In this document: piece after piece, positions 12,599 to 27,905 of the stretch
Position numbering within the stretch: position 1 is the stretch's first letter
How the letters are laid out: the number at the start of each line of letters is the position of its first letter
From: the human T2T-CHM13v2.0 reference genome, Homo sapiens
Assembly (NCBI RefSeq): GCF_009914755.1
Contig: NC_060931.1
Direction: 5' to 3' (one strand)
DNA: 64,000 nucleotides
Program-made: the position numbers and the translations under genes
Notes under the pieces: generated by a model
What the model saw: the letters and a program-made list of their open reading frames with translations, nothing else
Told to the model about the DNA's origin: nothing
Databases searched by the model: none

Positions 12599-13681
12599 GG
12601 TACCATATGTCTTCCTTCCACCCTGCCCACAACTTAGTTAGCACCGTGCCTTTATTGCACACTCCTCCAATCATGTAATGCGAGCCCTGCAGTTTCCTGC
12701 CTGCTCTGTATGCCTTTTGCAGGCCAGCACGACAGCCGCAGGCCTCCCTGGAGGCTGCCCAGGCACCCGCCCCTTGGAAGCCAGGCCCTGACGACCGCTG
12801 GGTGTTCCTGCGTCTGTGGCATCCCCCATCTGTTGGGCCCTGTGGATTCAGAATTGTTTGTTTACTTAAAGCCAGAACAAGGCATTCCTGTCCTTCCCAC
12901 TTTCAGGGCAAGAGGCCTGAACCTCCAGTGTAGCGGATTCATTTCTGTCCGGTTTGTGGCCAAGTCAGAGCCATTTCCTAGTGCCAAAAACAGAGACTGA
13001 GCTTTTTTCTGTCTGTGGGAGATTCTACAACCCAGTCCCATTTCAAAGAGAAGACTGAGGCCAGGAGTGTCTTACCCGGAGTAGCCTGGTGAGTCAGTGG
13101 CCAGGAAGCCAGGACCCCTCTGACAGTTTATGCTTTATGACCGGGCGCCCTTGTTCTCATTCATGGAGATTGACGACAATTTCTGCTCTTCTCCCAGTGA
13201 CCTGCACAGTGATGCCAAGTCAGCCATTCTGCTCTGCCTCCTGGGGTCTGAACTGTGTTCTCCAGCAGGGATGGGGGATGCATGAAGCTGCACCCACTGC
13301 CTGGCCTAGAGAGAGCCACTGGGCCCCAGTGACCACCAGGCGACAAGATGGGGATCTCACTGTGCACTCAGGTCACAACACCTGTGACTTAGAGGAGTGA
13401 CTTTGGTCCTTACAGTCAGTGAAGTGGGCACGCAGGTGGGGAAACATAGGTCTGACACCTACTTGGAGGCCACACAGCAGCATGTGGCTGCCAGGGCTGA
13501 GAGTTGCACCCAGGGCTGGGCACCATCAATTGCCTTTGACGGACATGGGTTGGTCCCTAGAGGCAGCAGGGCCAGGGCGGCTGCAGCCCCAGCTGTCATA
13601 GCTCTGGGGTTGGGGAAACCTCAGGTGTGTCAGTGTGGCTGGGAGGTGGTGAGACATGCACTGCCTTCTGCATCCCCCTAG

Positions 13682-14137
<456 letters not shown>

Positions 14138-15281
14138 TGAGTCTGTCTCCCCATGGCTCAGGAGCTCTGTGCCAGCTGAAGAGCACAGCCCCGTGCAGTT
14201 CCCACACTGCTCTCCATTAGCCCCTAGGTCTTTGGGGTGGAGCAGAAAAGGCTCTCCAGGTCATCATCAAGTTCAGTCCTGACCTTGCACAGCCAGGCCT
14301 CTGGGGCCCCCAGAAGGCCAAGGGCAAACAGCAGGGTTGCAGTGGGACGGGATCGCCTGTGCCCGGAGTGTGCAGCCTAGATGTGTCTGTGATGAGGACC
14401 TGGAAAAGCCCTGCCCTGGGACAAGGATTGCTAGGTGGGGTCTCAACCCTGAGCAAGGGGCTCAGACCCCAAGGACCTCAACTGAGCCATCTGCACGATG
14501 GATGGTGACTTCTGCCTGTCTCCCGATGATCACTGCCCTCCCCATGGTGACCCCATGATTTGATTGTGTCTTCTAAACTCAAGCAGCCGTGTCCTCACTT
14601 TAGGCACTTGACTGGGGAACAGTAAGGGTGAGTCTCCTGGTGGTCTGTGGGATAAGAGGGGGTTAAAAGGCTGCTGAGCCTGGAGGAGCAGGCCGGTGTG
14701 GGAGGCAGAAATCAGAGAACAGCCGGACTGGGTGTGACCAAGCTTGGAAGGCCAAGTGATGGCCCCACGCCAGGGCTCCAGACAGAATGTTGGAAGTCAT
14801 GCTTCATTCCAGCTTCCAGGTGACCCTGGATTCACTCCTGGGGCCATCTTCCCAGATCATCTCCTTAGCCCCGGCTTCCTATTCCTGTATGCTTTCACCC
14901 CTCCCTCCTCCAAGGAACAAGAAACCCATCCAGGAAGGGCTGGACTTCCAGGGGAGGCTTCCAGCTCCCAGTCAGCCTGAAACTTAAAGGGCCACTGCCC
15001 CCAGCATGTCCTCTCTGAACTCTCCAGCCCGAATCTTCCCCAGAGCAGGGCTTGGGCCTCTGTTCTCTGTCCCAGAAATATTATACTCTTGGCTTATGTT
15101 CTTGACTGAAAGGTATTGGGCTAATTGTTTAACCTTTTACAGACTCAGTTTTCTAATCTGCAAAATGAAAATAGTGATAGCAGTCACTACACAGGGTAGT
15201 TTTGAGGTGTAAATGGAAATTAACACATATAAAATATTTGGCATGAGGCTTGGCTTACAGGGAGCTGCCAATCCGTGATAA

Positions 15282-15602
<321 letters not shown>

Positions 15603-15929
15603 TAGGGGTGCAGAGGTTGGGGAGGGGGTTCCCAGTCAACCTTCTTTCTCAGAAGTCTCCCTGGCCTCTTTGTTGTCTCTGACATTTTCAGGACAGTAGG
15701 ACCTTCAGGTATAGGACCAGATGTCCTGTGGTGGGGATAGAGTAGATGGAATCCCAAGTTTCAGGATTACAGCAGTTTTAGGGGCAAGACTCTGATCACA
15801 GGACTATGTTGAGGTGTGATATAGTCAAGTACGAACACTGAAAACCAGATGATTTTCATCTCTTCCTTCTTCTCTTCCTTCCTTACCCTCATCTATATAT
15901 CTACCTCTCTATCTTCTATGTATCTAACT

Positions 15930-16380
15930 ATCCGTGCATATCCATCCATCCGTCCACCCACCGGTTCATCCATTCATCCATCCATCCATCCATCCATCCA
16001 TATTCATGCATCCACCCACCCATCCATATCCATCCATCCATCCAGCCAGCCAACTAGCCGTTCACCTATCCATCCATCTATCCATCCGTCCATTCATCCA
16101 TCCATCAATATTCATCCATCCACCCACCCATCCATTCATCCATCCGTATCCATCCATCCATCCATCCATCCACCCATTCATATCCATCCATCCATCCACA
16201 TACATCCGCCCAGCCATCCATCTATCCATCCATCCACCCATCCATCCATATCCATCTATACATCCATCAATCCATCCACCCATCCATCCATATCCATCTA
16301 TCCATCCATCCATCCATCCATCCATCCATCCATCCATGTCCATCCACATTCATCCACCCACCCACCCATCCATCCATCTT
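15930..16380. repeat. Degenerate (TCCA)n simple repeat in INMT intron 2
   Basis: About 450 bp of CATC/CACC units; the source of the spurious IHPS-rich ORFs. Confidence 0.95.
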
Positions 16381-16883
16381 TCCTTCTTCCCTCTATTGTC
16401 TGTACCTGTGTGACTGACTATATAATGTATAATGACGTGAACTCACCACCCAACCTGAGTACTCGAATATAATAAAGACTTACCTGTGCTTCTCTGTGAC
16501 TCCTTGCCTCTGCCTTTCCCAACCTCGGGTAATCACTAATATGGATTTTATGCTTATCATTCCCTTTTTCAAAAAATTTTTTTCTTGCATACTTATGTAT
16601 ATCTAAACAATCTATAATTTAGTTTTAGTCGCCTTTGAGCTTTATAGCAGAGTAATTTGCTCTGTGTCATTTGCGATTTGCTTTTCATCACTCAAAATTA
16701 TATTTTTAAGATAGCTATATTCATACATTATCTGTAGTAAATTCATTAATTCATTCATCCATCCATCCAATAATGTTTGTTAACTGCCCTCTCTGTGCTT
16801 GGGGTGGCTTTGTCCATCCTGGGGATTAAGGGAAGGGGGCTCACATGGAATCAGAGAGAGAAAGTTTCCTATAATTGTTCTAG

Positions 16884-17510
<627 letters not shown>

Positions 17511-17803
17511 GCCAGGAGGGCCAGCCAGAGGTCTGGTCAGGCTGTGAGGCCTTGGCCATCTGTATGCTAGAGAGGGGTGAGGAATGGATGCTGTCTAACA
17601 GTCTCTGATTTCAACACTAACATTCCATCTTCTGAAATTCTGAGATTCTAACATCCTTGTTTTAGAATTCTAAGTTTCCAACATTCCTCATTCTAGGATC
17701 CTAGGAGTGGAATTTTCCATTTTCTAATATACTAAGCCTTACAGCTATCTTAGATGCGATCTGACTCCTGTGTGACTGTGGAGCACCCAGGGACGTGGTT
17801 TTA

Positions 17804-18370
<567 letters not shown>

Positions 18371-18374
18371 AGGG

Positions 18375-18564
18375 GGAATGTTCTATAACCAGCTCTGTAA
18401 AGGAAAAGCACTGATGTGTGGTAGTCACCAATTTCTGTGGTGTAAATACTCCCACCATGGTTGATTTCAAGCCACCAGTGGTTTAATAACCAGCTCATAA
18501 ATCTCCTAAATATTTTACAGTTGACTCTCATGAGCTGATTGGAGTCAGCTGGAACATACCACTG
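18375..18564. mobile_element. MER63-like hAT element, interrupted by the Alus (its other end near 17879)
   Basis: CAGTGGTATATTGG at 17879 and ...CTGGAACATACCACTG near 18564 form terminal inverted repeats; internal GTTGATTTCAAGCCACCA. Confidence 0.55.
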
Positions 18565-18579
18565 CCTCTAGACTAAGGC

Positions 18580-18758
18580 CAGCAGATTTAGCAAATACAG
18601 ACTGCCCCAGTTCATTGAATTTTAGATAAATGAAATAAATCTATAAGGTTAAGTATGTCCCCAGAACTGCATGGAACATGCTTAATCTAAACAATGATTT
18701 GTTGTTCACCTGAAATTCAAATTTAGCTGGGTGTCCTGTATTTCATCTGGCAACCCTA
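18580..18758. mobile_element. MER53 palindromic MITE
   Basis: CAGATTTAGCAAATACAG...CCCAGTT...GAATTTTAGATAAA / CACCTGAAATTCAAATTTAGCTGGGTGTCCTGTATTTCATCTGGCAACCCTA; imperfect inverted arms. Confidence 0.75.
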
Positions 18759-18771
18759 CTTCAGACCCAGG

Positions 18772-19352
18772 TGTAAGGTACATGGATGTGCTTTGGTCAA
18801 GGAATAGGCCAAGGCAGAGATCCATGCCTGCATGACTCAGTGGGTTTGGTGCACAGGCACACACCTCCACTTGTTATATAACCTGTTTGTGTAAGTTCAT
18901 ACTTGGTCTGAGCCACTGTTGTCTGTAAAAGGTAATTGTCCTGCTAATGCTGTACAGGGGCTCTTGGGGTTCGGCTCAGCTCAACATGGCTTGACATGGT
19001 GGGCACACTGGCGCCCAGTAAGAGAGAGAGAGAGCCAAAGCTGTCCGTTTTGCAGATGGACAGGAAGGAGCCAGGACACAGCTCAGCTTGCTCACGCCCA
19101 GAGAGAGAAAAAGTTAAGCTGCTGACCCTGAAGGCAAGGGAGAGCAGGCTGCACAGCTGTGTGTGGAAGCCACGGGCTCAAGCAGCCAAGGCAGGGCGGA
19201 CAGTGTGAGAGAGCTAGTGTAAGCTGTTGATGAGAGCTGTTGCTGAATAAAACCATATTCACCTGCCTATGGGCCCTGAGTGTTCTTTCTGTCCATCTAC
19301 CCACTCCCCTCAGACTTTAGCACGGGCTGGACCTGGACCCCAGGACCTGACA
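18772..19352 (+). mobile_element. LTR18-type (ERVL) solo LTR
   Basis: Starts TGTAAGGTACATGGATGTGCTTTGGTCAAGGAATAGG and ends CCTGACA; TSD-like CCAGG/CCAAG; internal AATAAA. Family name is from my recollection of the consensus. Confidence 0.75.
19246..19251 (+). terminator. Probable INMT polyadenylation signal (AATAAA, inside the LTR)
   Basis: AATAAA in the LTR. Its use gives a spliced mRNA of about 2.6 kb, in line with my recollection of INMT mRNA size. Confidence 0.65.
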
Positions 19353-19790
19353 CCAAGTGAGAAGAGGAGCAGCCCAGGGATCAAGGGTATTCCTCGTACA
19401 TAAGGTGCCTTTGTGCAAATTAGGAAGAGGTGCTCCTGCAGATGGACACATTGCAGAAAGGAGTGTTCAGGGCTGATTAATTGAGAAAAGCTGTTCCATC
19501 TCCCTGTGGAAGCGCTATGAGAACAAGGTGCCTCTTCTGGGCAGACCAATTAGAGAAAGATGTCCCTTCCTTAAGGCTGATTGGGTCACACTACTGAGCA
19601 CCTGTCAGCCTCCCTTTTTCCCTCAGCCCCAATCTGTGCCTTTGTGTGGGTACACCCTGGGCACAGCAACCTTGATAAGAGCCAGGAGACCTGGAATCTA
19701 CTCTCAGCCCTGCCACTAATTGTTTCACTTCTCTGGGCCTCGTATTCCTATCCATGAGATTTAATCTAATAATCTACAGGAACATCCTAA

Positions 19791-20200
<410 letters not shown>

Positions 20201-20272
20201 TGTGCTTTAAAAAGTAAAAGGTTTTGCACAAATTGACCCATTGATGTTATTCCCCCAGAGGGTCAGGGCTGA

Positions 20273-20613
<341 letters not shown>

Positions 20614-20970
20614 AAATCTCCATTTTTTTTGTAGTCAGGGACGATAGGTCCCAAGAGGGAAAGCGACTTGTCCAGAGACACACAGCAAGCTGGTGACAGA
20701 GCTGGAGTAAGAACTCAGGTGTTCTGACTCCTCGTTCACCCTGTGTACCCTCATTCCACCAGGTCTCCCCACCCGGCTTGGAAGGGCAGGGGGCCCTGCT
20801 TCCCTTTGGCTCTCTTTTAGCATAGACTCGTTTCTGTGATAACATCCCTGCCAGCAGTCCTTCCCTTCCGGGCTCATGCTTTACCCCAGAGAGCATGTGG
20901 ACCCCAGCTCTTCTCTCAGTACAGCCCTCTCCGGCCTTGTCTGGAAAGGCATTGAATATGGGTAGTTTTA

Positions 20971-21278
20971 TTTTTATTTTTATTTTTATTTTTTTGAGAC
21001 CTAGTTTCGCTCTTGTTGCCCAGACTGAAATACAATGGCATGTTCTTGGCTCATTACAACCTCCGCCTCCTGGGTACAAGTGATTCTCCTGCCTCAGCCT
21101 CCTGAGCAGCTGGAATTACAGGCGTCTACCACCATGCCTGGCTAATTTTTGTATTTTTAGTAGAGAAAGGGTTTCACCATGTTGGCCAGGCTGGTCTCGA
21201 ACTCCTGACGTCAGGTGATTTGCCCGCCTTGGCCTCCCAAAGTGCTGGGATTACAGGTGTGAACCACTGTGCCTTGCC
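20971..21278 (-). mobile_element. AluS-like element with 17-bp TSD
   Basis: GAATATGGGTAGTTTTA occurs on both sides. Confidence 0.9.
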
Positions 21279-21939
21279 GAATATGGGTAGTTTTAGACAT
21301 GCTCATGGCAGAATGATCAACAGGCGGAAGAAGTGGGAGGTCCAGCCGATGTGGATCCCTGAGAGCCCATGTCCACAAACAGGGGAAGAATAGTGGCTAA
21401 AATAGGTCTTGTAGGGAATTTTAAAGACAAGTGAATTGTCTGTTGAGGCAGCCAAAAAGGGGCTGGCTTCTGCCAGGTGGCAGCCAGGCAATGTCCAGGA
21501 GAGGAGATTGCCAAGGAAAGGAGGCTACAAATGCCCCCTCCTTGTGATGTCAGGACCTCCCTTAGCGAGCGATCTGGCCAAGACACAGGGAAAAGACACA
21601 GGATCCAGACCCGGGGCTCTGCTCCTTGGACGGCTCAGTGCAGAGAGTCAGCTGGCTGCCTGGAAGGAGAGAGTGGGCAAGGGTGTGAGGGAATCTTTGG
21701 GGGCTGTGGAAGCTGTTCTACCTTATGAAATGGGGCTGGGATGGACTGAGGGACTATGCTGTGCTCTGTCATTTGTCCATAAGTACTCTCTACATGCTCT
21801 AATAAAACATTTTGTTTTACTCTATCCAATGGGCAGAACCTGTGATATGCTGTCAAGACTATGGGGGAAGGACTCTTTAGGGAAGAAAACCCTATTGTGA
21901 CTAAAGGAAGGAACCTTCTGTTTGGGGCAGAGAGGCAGA

Positions 21940-22320
21940 CTTGTAAGTCATGACCATTGGTCCACAGAACTGTTTCATCATGCAACGGTGAAACTCTGTA
22001 CCCGTTAGACAGTAACTCCTGGTCTCCCTTCCCCTCGCCCCCAGCAACCGCCATTCTACTGTGTCTTTATGAATGTGACTACCCTAAGTACCTCATATAA
22101 GTGGAATCATACAGTATTTGTCCATTTGTGACTGGCTTATTTCACTTAGCATAATGTCTTCAGGTTCATCCGTGCTGCACTGTGTCAGAATTTCCTTCCT
22201 TTTCAAGGTTGAATAATATACCATCGTATGGATATGCCACATTTTGTTTATCCATTCATCCACTGATGGACACTTGGTGGTGTTTGTGTTTGGGCTATTG
22301 TGAATAATGCCGTTATGAGG
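21940..22320 (-). mobile_element. L1MB-like 3' fragment
   Basis: CCTCATATAAGTGGAATCATACAGTATTTGTCC...TTTATCCATTCATCCACTGATGGACACTTGG. Confidence 0.8.
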
Positions 22321-24332
22321 CCAGCCACAGGTAAAACTCACTGAATTCTCACAACAGCTCATGTGGACAGTATTATTTTGAAATTCCATTTTACAGGTGA
22401 GGAAACTGAGGCACAGACCTTCTCAAAGTAGCTATTAAGTAGAGAGCTGGGCTTATGAACCCAAGCACTGTCATTCCAGAGCCTGAGCTTAACCTGGACC
22501 CCACACTGTCATCTCACAGGGGTGCAGAAGAACATCTAACTAGGCTTGGGGGAAGTCCAGGAAGCCATGGAGGTGATCTGTGAGCTGAGAGTGAAGAGTG
22601 AATAGTTCACTGATGGCTGATGGAGAAAAGGGCTAGCCATTCCCAGCAGAGGGAACACCTGTGTGTTGCGGCTAATTACACAAAAACCCATCTCCACTCC
22701 TAAGTCATGGCCCCTGTGGTCCTGAAGTAACCTGAATTTGAAAACAGAAGACACAGGAGATTTATTATCTGTGTGGTACCCCCTACTTCCTACCTATCTA
22801 CCTCCACCACATCATAGGAATCAAGTAGCAAGGCCAAGCCAGACTTGGAGAGATGCCAGCAGAAGCATTTCATAGGCTCAAAAGGACGTACATTTCCCAA
22901 TCTCTTCCTGACCTATTTCTAACTCCCGTATCCTTATGCGGGTGGAGCTGGAGGTTGAAGGGTCTGTGGGGGAGGTGGGGAAGAGGAGGATGAAACCCCA
23001 ACAGCTCTTTTGCCCTCTGCCTGTAAGTTCAGCTTATCTTATCCTAATGCATTCTTGACTCCTTGCTGAGAAATGCTGCTTATCTTGCGACTCCATTCTA
23101 GTCTCAAAAACCCTGCATTTATTCTTTTTCCTAGAACTCTGAAAAAACCCAAGCTTGGGGAACATGGTTGTTTACCAGAGTCATTTTAACTGCTTATCTA
23201 GAAAGGAAAGGAACAAAAGTTGGCCATTCTGGTCATCTCAGCTTAGGCAGCACAGAGGTCATGGAGAAATTTTCGTAGGCAACTGCCTCTACTTACGGGA
23301 AAAGCTATAAAAACATACAGTTGTGTACAAGCACAGAAGTGAGACAGGCCCAGGCTCGTGTGGAGATCAAGGACTGCAGGACTTGAGTTCTGAGATCCTG
23401 CACATGTGGGCATGTTATATGTACAATAAGCGTGTGGGGTGTCATGAACTGAGATCCTAATAAAAAGAACCAGAGGTATAGAAACATGACACCTTGAAAC
23501 AAAAGAACGCCAGTGTTCCAGAGATTGCTAGTTGTTCTCCCGTGCCCACTATGCCCATTAACTTCTTCAGAGTAATAGATTTTTTGGCTGGGCTCCATTT
23601 AGCTGGGCAAGGCTGCCTTAAACAAGACTATATTTCCTAGTCCCCTTTGTAGCTTTGTGCGGTCAAGTGAGTGAGTTCTGACCGAAGGGATTTGAGCAGA
23701 AGTGTCGTACCAGCTTCTGGAAGCCTTCCTTAAGATGTCGTAAACCTAGACTCTGCTATTTACTCTTCATCCTTTACCCTGTCCTGTGATCTGGAATGTG
23801 GCTGCTGGCATCTTGGTTTAGGAGGTCAAGGCCACACATGGCGGAGAAACAAGACAGAGGGAAACTGGGAACCTAATAATGTGAAGCACTCATGAGCCCT
23901 GGGTTTTTATGTGAGAGACAAATAGACTTTCATCTTGTTTAAGTCACTGATATTATTGTTACCCTTATTATTATTATGGCAGAAATGCCAGAGAAGTGGT
24001 GTTGTGTCTCTTTCAGTGCATAAGGAGGTATGTAACATTGATAGTCCTCTGGCTGGGGATGATAACTTTGATCACTTGGTTAATGGGTTGGCCAACTTCT
24101 CCATCATAAAGTGAACATTTTCCCCTTTGTAATTAAGCAGTATCTTATGGAGAGATTCTTTGAGATGACATAAATATCCTGTATCCACTAGTTTTAGCAT
24201 CCATTGATGATTCTTGTCTGAATGAATTATTATCATTATCCTGGTTGCCAAATGATGATTGGCAAATTCCATCATCCTTTCTACATTTATGAGTTCACAT
24301 TCAAATGTAAGGAGAGGCTTTCCCTTCTCCTT

Positions 24333-24514
24333 TATATATCTATATATATATATATATCTATCTATATCTATCTATCTATCTATCTATATATCTATCTATC
24401 TATATATATATCTATATATCTATCTATATATATATCTATATATATCTATATATATCTATATATCTATCTATCTATATATATATCTATATATATATCTATC
24501 TATATATATATATA
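24333..24514. repeat. Compound (TA)n/(TCTA)n microsatellite within an old L1 fragment
   Basis: About 180 bp of TATATC/TATA units. Confidence 0.95.
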
Positions 24515-25726
24515 AACATGGACTCATGGGTTCTTATTTTATTCAGTTGGTTATAATCTGTGACTATCATAACTTACTCTGATATACAGATTTAGCCAGT
24601 AGGACCCCTTTTAAGCTGGGTGGTGGTTTGTTCTTCTGACATGATTCCCTTATTTTTTTGAGTACTTCCTTACTAAGTTACTCTTATTTTGAGTTTTTCT
24701 GTCACTCTGAATGGAAATGGGTACTAACCATTATAATCAGGCATAGGAGTAAAAGAAATGGATGAGGGCTCTGGGGCTGCCTCCTTCAGCTCTGGACCTA
24801 GAGGCCCAGCACTTGGCATGCCGGGGACAGGAAGGGGTTCACAAAGCAGCCACCCTTCAGCTAGAGTTGAGCTGGGAAGGCACTAGTTGCTGCTTGCTCC
24901 AAACAGCCTTGTTTTTGTGAAGGACTCAAGCCAGGAAACCTGGGATAGTCACAGAGAAGAAACCCTGTGACTATCCTCAAGGCCTGCCTTAAAGCTGAGG
25001 ATATATCATGGTCTCTGCATAGAGACTGAAGTAGAAGGGAAAAATCCCTATAACCATCAGCCCAAGTGCATGGAGTTCAAATATTCAGGTAACCAACCTA
25101 GAGGAAGGTGCTCCAATTGAACCATCAGAGCAAGGGAGCCAGGTTTGTAAAGAGCTGTAGACTAAGAAGTCAGAGAACCAGGGGAGAGGGAGAGCAAGAG
25201 GCAGAAGATTAAAAATTGTGAGCAGCAGGAGGCATCTCCAGGGCACATACAGAAAATCATATTTGTACAGCCTGAGATAAATGGAGAAGACTGTTCATGG
25301 TAGTAATGGCCTATGGTATCTGGCCAGATAGGCTCCATTTAGCTGTCCTGAGGCCTGAGGAGATTGTGACTCCAGCATCCCTATAATCAATTTGTGATAC
25401 ATCAGTACTGACAATCCCTGTGGGAATATCTGGTCTAGCAAACCCTGGAGAAAGAGACCACTGCCCCACAACTGATTGAGCTTTCACTCATTCTTAGAGA
25501 TTCATAGTATTTAGGTTGAAAAAAAAAGCTGCTTTAACAAAAGACTCCCTCATCCCCACTTCCAAAAATAGAGAAAAAATTAAAAAAAATAAAAACACTA
25601 AGCTCAAACCAGATGAAAGTGTATTTCTCTCACCTGTAACCATCTGAAGTCCGTGTCACCATGTGAATGCTCCATGCAGTCATTCAGGGAACCAGGTTCC
25701 TTCTCTCTTATTTCTGCCATCCCCCA

Positions 25727-25915
25727 GGATAGCACACTTAAACTCGAGTGAGCATCAGAAGTACCTGGAAGTCTTATAAACACAGATTGCTGGGCCCCAC
25801 CCTCAGAGTTTCTGATTCAGCACATCTGATGTAGGGACTGAGAATTTGCATTTCTAGTTTTCAAGTGGTGCTCATGCTGGTGTTTGGCGGGCAGCTACAC
25901 TTTTGAGAATCACTG
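25727..25915. mobile_element. MER5A
   Basis: AAACTCGAGTGAGCATCAGAAGTACCTGGA...CAGATTGCTGGGCCCCACCCTCAGAGTTTCTGATTCAG...TTTGAGAATCACTG. Confidence 0.75.
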
Positions 25916-26609
25916 TTCTTAGGTGTTGCTTTCGTCTTTAGGGTCACAGCACATACTCATTGTTGCAGCTGGTGCTCTGGCTTACAGGAGAGAAAAGAGG
26001 ATGAAAGAGATAGGGCCTGGTTTTAAGGTGCCGGCCCTCTTATTCTGCTGGTGACAAACTTAGTTCCATGGCTGCCTCTGACTTCAAGAAAGGCTGGGAA
26101 ATACCACGTGGCTTGGAAGTCTTTTGCCCAGCTCCAAACATATAACCATGCATGAAGGAAATAATGGATTCTGTTGGGCAACTAGCAGACTTCACACAGG
26201 ACTTCACCACTTTGGGAGCAGTTTCAATTCATTTACTCAGACTAGAATTTTTATGCCGAATCCTACTTTGGAGGAGACTATGTTATGATTTCCAAAGAAT
26301 GTCTGCACCATTTCAACAGGAATTTTTCACAGGGAGGCACTGACAGCTATGTCTGAAGGTTTGGGGTCTGTACTTGCTGGTGAAAACATTAGAATGTCAA
26401 GCAACTGCCAAAAGTCTCTGCTTGGCCCCAGAGAAGGCACATTTATCTGGACAGCATCCAAGGAGCTTTGATCAAGAATTTCCAGGGCCATTCCAGGGCA
26501 AGTGTGCAGCAAAGTAGGTTGGGTTTATATTATCCAGGGGTGTGTGTGTGTGTGTGTGTGTTGTGTGACCTAACTAGTTCTTTTTCTCTGGGGACAACCT
26601 TCTTCCTCC

Positions 26610-26937
26610 CTTGATTTATTTTAAGGAATTGGCTCACATGATTGTGGGGACTGGCAAGTCTGAAACCTGCAAGGCAGGCTGGCAGGTTGGAGACCCAGGG
26701 AAGAGTTGATATTGCAGCTTGAGTCCAAAGGCAGGCTGAAGACAGAACACTCTCTTCCTTGGGGAACCTTAGTCTTTTGCTTTTAAGGCAATCAACTTAT
26801 TGGATGAGGCCCACCCACACTATGAAGGATAAGCTGCTTTACTCAAAGTCTACACACAGCAACATCCAGGCTGGCATTTGACCAAAGAGCAGGGTATCAT
26901 GACCTAGCCAAGTTGACACATGAAATTAACTATCACA
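26610..26937. mobile_element. MLT2-type LTR fragment
   Basis: GATTTATTTTAAGGAATTGGCTCACATGATTGTGGGGACTGGCAAGTCTGAAA...CCTAGCCAAGTTGACACATGAAATTAACTATCACA. Confidence 0.75.
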
Positions 26938-27865
26938 TTGGTGGAGAATTATACATTCTTCTTGATTAAAATGGACATTTTCTCAAAACCCCATGGGATA
27001 CCTCTGCTATCTTCTTTTCTCTCCCCAGTCAGTCCCCGTGCACAGACCTGCACAAATGGCTGAGCCTCATCATTCCTGACAGCGAGGAGATCTTGGATGT
27101 GCCAGGCCTAGTGAAAGACCAACAATCTCACTGCAGGGGTGGCTGTCCCATCTCCTCCTACTGGAGCCTGGCTGGGGCCTGGGTTCCCCCTCCATCTCCA
27201 GTCTCATGTTGGCGACCATGTGGATACAGCCTGGGAGCAGAGATTGGGATGTGGTGGATAAGACAGAACTATGGGGGGAGTGTGCAAATAAACTGTCTCT
27301 TCATATTGCCAAGGACAGTGGCCTGGGCTGGACCCCCTGTCCTGATCTTTGGGGATGGTGGCCAGACAGCTGGGAAGGTCTGAGAGTCACATCATTAGAA
27401 GGAGTTTCACAATGTTCTTCCAACCCCCCTAGTCCAGACATGTTGCATTTGGTCAGATCCCTGTTCCCAGCCCCAAACCCTGACAGCCAGTCCCTGGGAG
27501 GACATGGTTATGGGGACAAGCATGTATGCTTTTATTCTCTGGAACCCCCTGATCCAAGCCCTCCAGACACTCAAGGAGCCCTTGGTTGGGGAGGGATTCA
27601 TTCGGTCAGTCACCTCCCTGGAGCATCCTGGAGGAGGCAATGCTTGATCCTCATAATCTTGCAAAACATCTGGCCCCCATGTAGCAGGCCTCACCTTCCT
27701 GCTCCAAGTCTCACAACACACCGGATGCATCCTGCTGCCAGAACCAAACGGGGCACCAGACAGAATTCAGGGAGTCCAGAAATTCCTGTGGGTAAACTCA
27801 CACAAATGCAGGAGCTTGTCGACTCAGAGATGCACAGAGCCACAGCTGTATGGTGATGGATATGA

Positions 27866-27868
<3 letters not shown>

Positions 27869-27903
<35 letters not shown>
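27869..27903. repeat. (CA)n microsatellite
   Basis: Pure CA run. Confidence 0.95.

Positions 27904-27905
<2 letters not shown>

Noticed and set aside
15849-16472. His/Pro/Ser-rich and GWM-rich ORFs
   Set aside because: Translations of the (TCCA)n repeat.
24222-24582. Ile/Tyr-rich ORFs
   Set aside because: Microsatellite artefacts.
27206-27856. 216-aa ORF
   Set aside because: No recognisable domain or exon structure; compatible with chance.
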